The notes beneath the pieces are model-generated. The model made no database searches and was not told the DNA's origin. It worked only from the letters and a program-made list of their open reading frames with translations. The translations under genes and the position numbers were made by a program. This document shows, one piece after another, positions 59,446 through 64,000 of a stretch of 64,000 bases of DNA (the first letter of the stretch is position 1; every line of letters begins with the position of its first letter). The stretch comes from Spirochaetia bacterium (lineage in GTDB: Bacteria > Spirochaetota > Spirochaetia > UBA9216), in the NCBI GenBank assembly GCA_963675665.1, contig OY776510.1, positions 512,001 to 576,000 of the forward strand, in the 5' to 3' direction.

Positions 59446-60201
59446 TTAATCCATATAATAACCGCCATTAATATTGATGGTTTCTCCGTTAATAAATCCC
59501 GCCTGGTCCGAGGCAAGAAAACACATTAGCCATGACATATCCTGTTCAGTGCCCAGTCTCCCGACAGGGATCTTTTCAGCCATTGCTTTTTTCTTTTCTT
59601 CAGGCCAGTACTGCATCATCGCGGTCATAACTGCATGGGGGGCAATCGCGTTGCACGTCACGCCGAACGGCCCCAGCTGTCTTGCAACTGATCTTGTAAG
59701 GCTTATTACCGCCCCCTTGGTTGCTCCGTAAACAAAGACGGTAGAATTGTCGCCGTTTTTACCGGTTATGGAAGCAACGTTTATAATTCTTCCGTAACGG
59801 GCTTTCTTCATATGGGGAGTTACCGCTCTTACGGTATACAGGACCCCTTTCAGGTTAATTGCAACAGTATTGTCAATTATTTCGTCGGTTGTTTCCTCGA
59901 TTGTTCCGGGAAGAAGAAGCCCTGCATTGTTTATGAGTATATCCAGGCTGCCGGAGCTTTTAACAATTCTGTCAATCAGTTTTTCAACCCGGATTCTGTC
60001 TGAAACATCACAGACTGCTGTTTCAAAACTGTATCCTGCCGACGCGAATTCCTTCTCTGCAGCATCGAGCCCTTCCCGATCAATGTCAGAAATTATTACA
60101 TGGGCCCCTTCTTTTGCCAAATCCAAAGCTGCCTGTTTTCCCATGCCTTTTGCTGCTCCCGTAACCAGAGCAGTCCGCTTTTCAAATCTTTTATCCGGCA
60201 T
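59446..60201 (-). CDS. Short-chain dehydrogenase/reductase
   Basis: TGAAKGMG, NNAG and YGATK motifs. Confidence 0.92.
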   Translation of the reverse strand: MPDKRFEKRTALVTGAAKGMGKQAALDLAKEGAHVIISDIDREGLDAAEKEFASAGYSFETAVCDVSDRIRVEKLIDRIVKSSGSLDILINNAGLLLPGTIEETTDEIIDNTVAINLKGVLYTVRAVTPHMKKARYGRIINVASITGKNGDNSTVFVYGATKGAVISLTRSVARQLGPFGVTCNAIAPHAVMTAMMQYWPEEKKKAMAEKIPVGRLGTEQDMSWLMCFLASDQAGFINGETININGGYYMD

Positions 60202-60361
60202 AAGTACTCCCTTGATGTATTGTATTTAATCATTTGATGTTATTATTTTCACATGTTGTTGTTAATTTGTCAAGTTGTAGTTGTTTTAGCAACAAACCGA
60301 AATACAATATTCCCTTAAACCGGTTCCATACAAAGAGATAAAAAATGATTTTCTGTTGTAA

Positions 60362-61147
60362 TTAAACAATTATAAGATCAATGCCCTTGTTCGTCAGATA
60401 CTCAACATATTTCCCGGGGATTTTATCATCGGTAATGACAGTATCTATATCGTCTATATCACAATAATAGGCCGACAGTACCTTGTCGAATTTTGAAGAA
60501 TCTATAAGAAGTATTTTCTGCTGACTGGTTTCAAGCGCAGCTTTTTTCATTTCAATTTCATAGGAGTCCGCGGTTGTCACTCCAAGGCGGTCACTTACCC
60601 CCCTTGCAGACAGGAACACCTTGTTTGCCCGGTTTTTTTTAATCAGTTCAACCCCTTCCGAAGATTCAAACATAAGCGTATTCTCATGGAAGTACCCGCC
60701 GCCGAAAACAAGTTTGTAGTCTTTTTTCCTGTAAACCGAGATCAGTATATTCAGAGCGTAACATATTATTGCGGAAGGATTTGAACTCTGTATAAATTCT
60801 CCCATAATTTCAGTGGTAGATCCGGAATCTATTATAATAATATCATTATCTTCTATCAGCGAAACAGCCTTTTCAGCAATCCTTCTCTTTTCACTCAGGC
60901 GGGTTGATTCTTCCCGCGGAAGGCTGTATTTATTTCCGGATGAATCTTCAGTGTTCAGTCCCGCACTCTTGTATATTGCTCCGCCGTGGATTAATTTTAC
61001 AATATTCTTTTCTTCGAGTATTGCAAGATCCCTTCTGATTGTCATTTCCGACACATCAAAAGCCGAAGCCATTTCCCTGACGGTCCCTGCATTCTTGAGT
61101 TTTAAGAAATTGATCAGTTCCTTTAGACGAAAATGTCTTGAATCCAT
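60362..61147 (-). CDS. DeoR/GlpR family regulator
   Basis: VSEMTIRRDL, HGGA, DSGST and DSSKF motifs. Confidence 0.93.
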   Translation of the reverse strand: MDSRHFRLKELINFLKLKNAGTVREMASAFDVSEMTIRRDLAILEEKNIVKLIHGGAIYKSAGLNTEDSSGNKYSLPREESTRLSEKRRIAEKAVSLIEDNDIIIIDSGSTTEIMGEFIQSSNPSAIICYALNILISVYRKKDYKLVFGGGYFHENTLMFESSEGVELIKKNRANKVFLSARGVSDRLGVTTADSYEIEMKKAALETSQQKILLIDSSKFDKVLSAYYCDIDDIDTVITDDKIPGKYVEYLTNKGIDLIIV

Positions 61148-61248
61148 GTTATTAAATTACCATATTGTTAATTATATAGCAATGCAAAGAACAAGACTCC
61201 GTATAACGAACTTTACATTCATGCTCTCAGAGTATACAGTTAACAATT

Positions 61249-62187
61249 GTGTACAACAAAGATTATATCCTGATAATAGGCGGCAGCAATGCCGACATCA
61301 CAGGTTTTCCGAATTCCAGGTTTATCCCCCGCGACTCAAATCCGGGAGCAGTTGGAATTTCAGCCGGCGGTGTGGGCCGGAACATAGCTGAAAATATTGC
61401 CAGGCTTCAAATCCCGGTCAAACTGCTGTCGGTAGTAGGGAACGACGCTTTCGGCGATTTAATACTTAATGAAAGCTCGGCTGCCGGCATAGACACTTCG
61501 ACTGTTATACGGTCAAAGACCATGCCTACATCTGCATATCTTTGTATTATGGATGAGGCCCGTGATTTATTTGCAGCAGTCTCGGATATGAAGATAATGA
61601 GTGAACTTACTTCCGAACTGATTCATAAAAACAGCTTTACCCTGAAAAATGCCGCTTCAGTAATAATTGATAACAATATCGATCCGGAAACAATTGCCGC
61701 AGTTAAAAAGGAAAATCCCCGGCGGATCTTGTTTGATGCTGTTTCAGGAAAAAAACTTCGCCGTTCAATAGAACAAATTCGGGATATCGACACCGTAAAA
61801 CTGAACGAAATCGAAGCTGAAATACTGTCAGGCATTAAAATTACCTGCCGGAACGATGCGGAAGAAGCTTCTGCAATTATTTTCGACAGGTGTATAGATA
61901 ATATCTTCATCACCCTCGGCGCAGGCGGTGCTCATTACCGATGCACAAACGGCAGCTATTTCTGCGAGCCGTACAACCTGCCGCTGAAGAATACCACGGG
62001 AGCCGGAGATGCTTTTCTTGCAGGAATAGCCTACGGATATTACAATGAGATTACAGGAAAAGAACTGCTTGAATACGGCAATGCGTGTGCAGCAGCGGCG
62101 GCAGCTTCGGAGGAAACTGTTTCGGACAGGATAACTCCGGAATTAATCAGGCAGATTATTGAAGGAGATAATGATGAAATACAATAA
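61249..62187 (+). CDS. psuK: PfkB kinase, pseudouridine kinase-like
   Basis: [15 protein letters not shown] and TTGAGDAF motifs. Directly upstream of psuG. Confidence 0.78.
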   Translation: MYNKDYILIIGGSNADITGFPNSRFIPRDSNPGAVGISAGGVGRNIAENIARLQIPVKLLSVVGNDAFGDLILNESSAAGIDTSTVIRSKTMPTSAYLCIMDEARDLFAAVSDMKIMSELTSELIHKNSFTLKNAASVIIDNNIDPETIAAVKKENPRRILFDAVSGKKLRRSIEQIRDIDTVKLNEIEAEILSGIKITCRNDAEEASAIIFDRCIDNIFITLGAGGAHYRCTNGSYFCEPYNLPLKNTTGAGDAFLAGIAYGYYNEITGKELLEYGNACAAAAAASEETVSDRITPELIRQIIEGDNDEIQ

Positions 62188-63094
62188 ATATCTTGACATA
62201 AAAGCTGATGTCGCAAATGCACTTGAAAACGGAAAGGCTGTTGTTGCGCTTGAATCCACCATAATATCCCACGGAATGCCATATCCACAAAATATAGAAA
62301 CGGCAAAAAACGTGGAGCAGATTATTCGCAGCAACGGGGCGGTTCCTGCAACCATAGCAATTATAGGCGGGAAAATAAAACTTGGGCTTGATAACGAAGA
62401 ACTGGAATACCTCGGCACAGCCGATAATATATTGAAAGCATCACGCAGGGACCTCGGCCATATAATTTCAAACGGTCTCAACGGGGCCACAACCGTTGCC
62501 GCTACCATGATTGCCGCAAACCTGGCAGGCATCAGGATCTTTGTTACAGGCGGAATAGGCGGCGTCCATCGCGGGGCTGAAAACTCCTTTGACATATCGG
62601 CTGATTTACAGGAACTTTCGTCTACCAGCGTGGCAGTAATCTGCGCAGGGGCCAAATCAATCCTCGACATAGGCCTTACTCTCGAATACCTCGAGACAAT
62701 GGGCGTGCCGGTTGCCGGTTTCGGCACCGATGAACTGCCGGCCTTTTACACACGGCGCAGCGGGTTCAAGGTCGATTACAGATACGACAATGCAGCCGCA
62801 GTTGCGGCTGCATTGAAAGCCAAGTGGGACCTCGGCCTGTCCGGCGGAATGGTAATTGCCAACCCGATTCCGGAAGGATACGAAATGGATCACAAGATTA
62901 TCGACGGCGCAATAAACCAGGCGCTTAATGAAGCAGACGCCCGCGGCATCAAGGGCAAGGAAACAACACCGTTTCTCCTGGACCGTATAAAACAGCTTAC
63001 CGAAGGTGATTCTCTTGAATCCAATATCCAGCTTGTTTACAACAATGCACGCGTCGGATCGGCAATAGCTGTCGCGCTTTCAAAGCCCGGTTGA
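62174..63094 (+). CDS. psuG: Pseudouridine-5'-phosphate glycosidase
   Basis: [31 protein letters not shown] and TPFLL motifs. Confidence 0.95.
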   Translation: MKYNKYLDIKADVANALENGKAVVALESTIISHGMPYPQNIETAKNVEQIIRSNGAVPATIAIIGGKIKLGLDNEELEYLGTADNILKASRRDLGHIISNGLNGATTVAATMIAANLAGIRIFVTGGIGGVHRGAENSFDISADLQELSSTSVAVICAGAKSILDIGLTLEYLETMGVPVAGFGTDELPAFYTRRSGFKVDYRYDNAAAVAAALKAKWDLGLSGGMVIANPIPEGYEMDHKIIDGAINQALNEADARGIKGKETTPFLLDRIKQLTEGDSLESNIQLVYNNARVGSAIAVALSKPG

Positions 63095-63095
63095 T

Positions 63096-64000
63096 TTAAC
63101 CCTGCTTGCTTTTCTTTGCCAGCGTATCAAATACAACGGCAATAAGAAGCACAAGCCCTTTTGTAATCTGCTGTGAATACTCGCTTACATCGATAAGAAT
63201 CATTCCGTTTGACAGCACCCCGGTAATCAGTACTCCTATCAATACCCCGAAAAGAGAACCCTCTCCTCCCATAATACTGACCCCGCCCAATACTACAGCG
63301 GTGATTACATCCATTTCATACCCCGTACCGATCTTGGGTTGGCCGGTGTTTATTCTCGAAAGCATAATTATACCGGCAATTCCCGTCAGAAACGACGAAA
63401 TTACAAAAACAAGAGTCTCAATCTTTGCCGTGTTTACCCCCGAAAGCCTGACTGCTTCCTTGTTCCCGCCGAGACCGTATATATACCTGCCGGTTTTGGT
63501 TCTGTTAAGGAAAATCCAGCCTACAATAAAGATACAGAGCATAACGATAACGGGAATAGGAATTGCCCCTACATAACCCTGGCCCAGCACTTTAAAGGAT
63601 TCCGGAAGGCCCCATACGGGCATTCCCTCACAAAGTACAAACGACAGCCCCCGAAGAATCGTCATCATCGCAAGGGTTGTAATAAGCGCCGGCACTCCGA
63701 CGTACGCGACAAGCAAACCGTTTATCAGCCCTATCGACGCCGCTATCAGAAGGGTAATTACTACTGCCGGAAAAATTGGCATCCCTGCGTTTACCATCAG
63801 CATTGAACCGGCTACATTGGTAATTGCCATGACGGAACCTACCGACAGATCAATACCGGATGTTAGAATGACACAAGTCATTCCCACAGCTGAAATTCCG
63901 AGCATTGCCACCTGTCGGGTAACATTAAGCAGGTTGCCGGCTGTAAGAAACGATTCCGAAGCTATCGTAAAAAATAATACAATTGCAAGCAGCACTCCTA
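63096..64000 (-). CDS. Sugar ABC transporter permease, RbsC-like (partial, start outside the window)
   Basis: GIDLSVGS and EMDVITAVVLGGVS motifs. Confidence 0.9.
   Translation of the reverse strand, partial: GVLLAIVLFFTIASESFLTAGNLLNVTRQVAMLGISAVGMTCVILTSGIDLSVGSVMAITNVAGSMLMVNAGMPIFPAVVITLLIAASIGLINGLLVAYVGVPALITTLAMMTILRGLSFVLCEGMPVWGLPESFKVLGQGYVGAIPIPVIVMLCIFIVGWIFLNRTKTGRYIYGLGGNKEAVRLSGVNTAKIETLVFVISSFLTGIAGIIMLSRINTGQPKIGTGYEMDVITAVVLGGVSIMGGEGSLFGVLIGVLITGVLSNGMILIDVSEYSQQITKGLVLLIAVVFDTLAKKSKQG

Overview
Bacterial chromosomal window, most likely from a free-living spirochaete. This is inferred from the archaeal-type PyrH, the LolA/RodZ/RimO block and the bat operon. In order: a Thermotoga-type myo-inositol catabolic operon (ABC transporter, iolG, iolN, iolO, iolM and a second Zn dehydrogenase), housekeeping genes (glnS, rimO, rodZ-like, lolA, pyrH, rsmE, dksA, infA, argJ, moxR/bat cluster), a sigma54-promoted radical SAM gene next to a sigma54 two-component system, and tRNA-Leu(CAA). 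An accessory region runs from about 41.7 to 56.8 kb and includes tRNA-Arg(CCT). A polyol/glycerol-kinase cluster, psuK/psuG and a partial sugar ABC permease close the window. Two things stand out. (1) A complete IS110-family (IS1111-like) element sits inside a REP-like palindrome, and its downstream non-coding end reads as a bridge RNA with guides matching its own target and donor junctions. (2) A Moco/Tuco-type riboswitch heads an operon encoding an Fe/B12-type ABC importer plus a BioB-like radical SAM enzyme with the atypical CX5CX2C motif. That operon converges on a radical SAM/substrate-binding-domain fusion and a methyltransferase, making a candidate undescribed Mo/W-cofactor or metallophore uptake and processing system. 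All calls come from reading motifs by eye. No database search or folding program was run.
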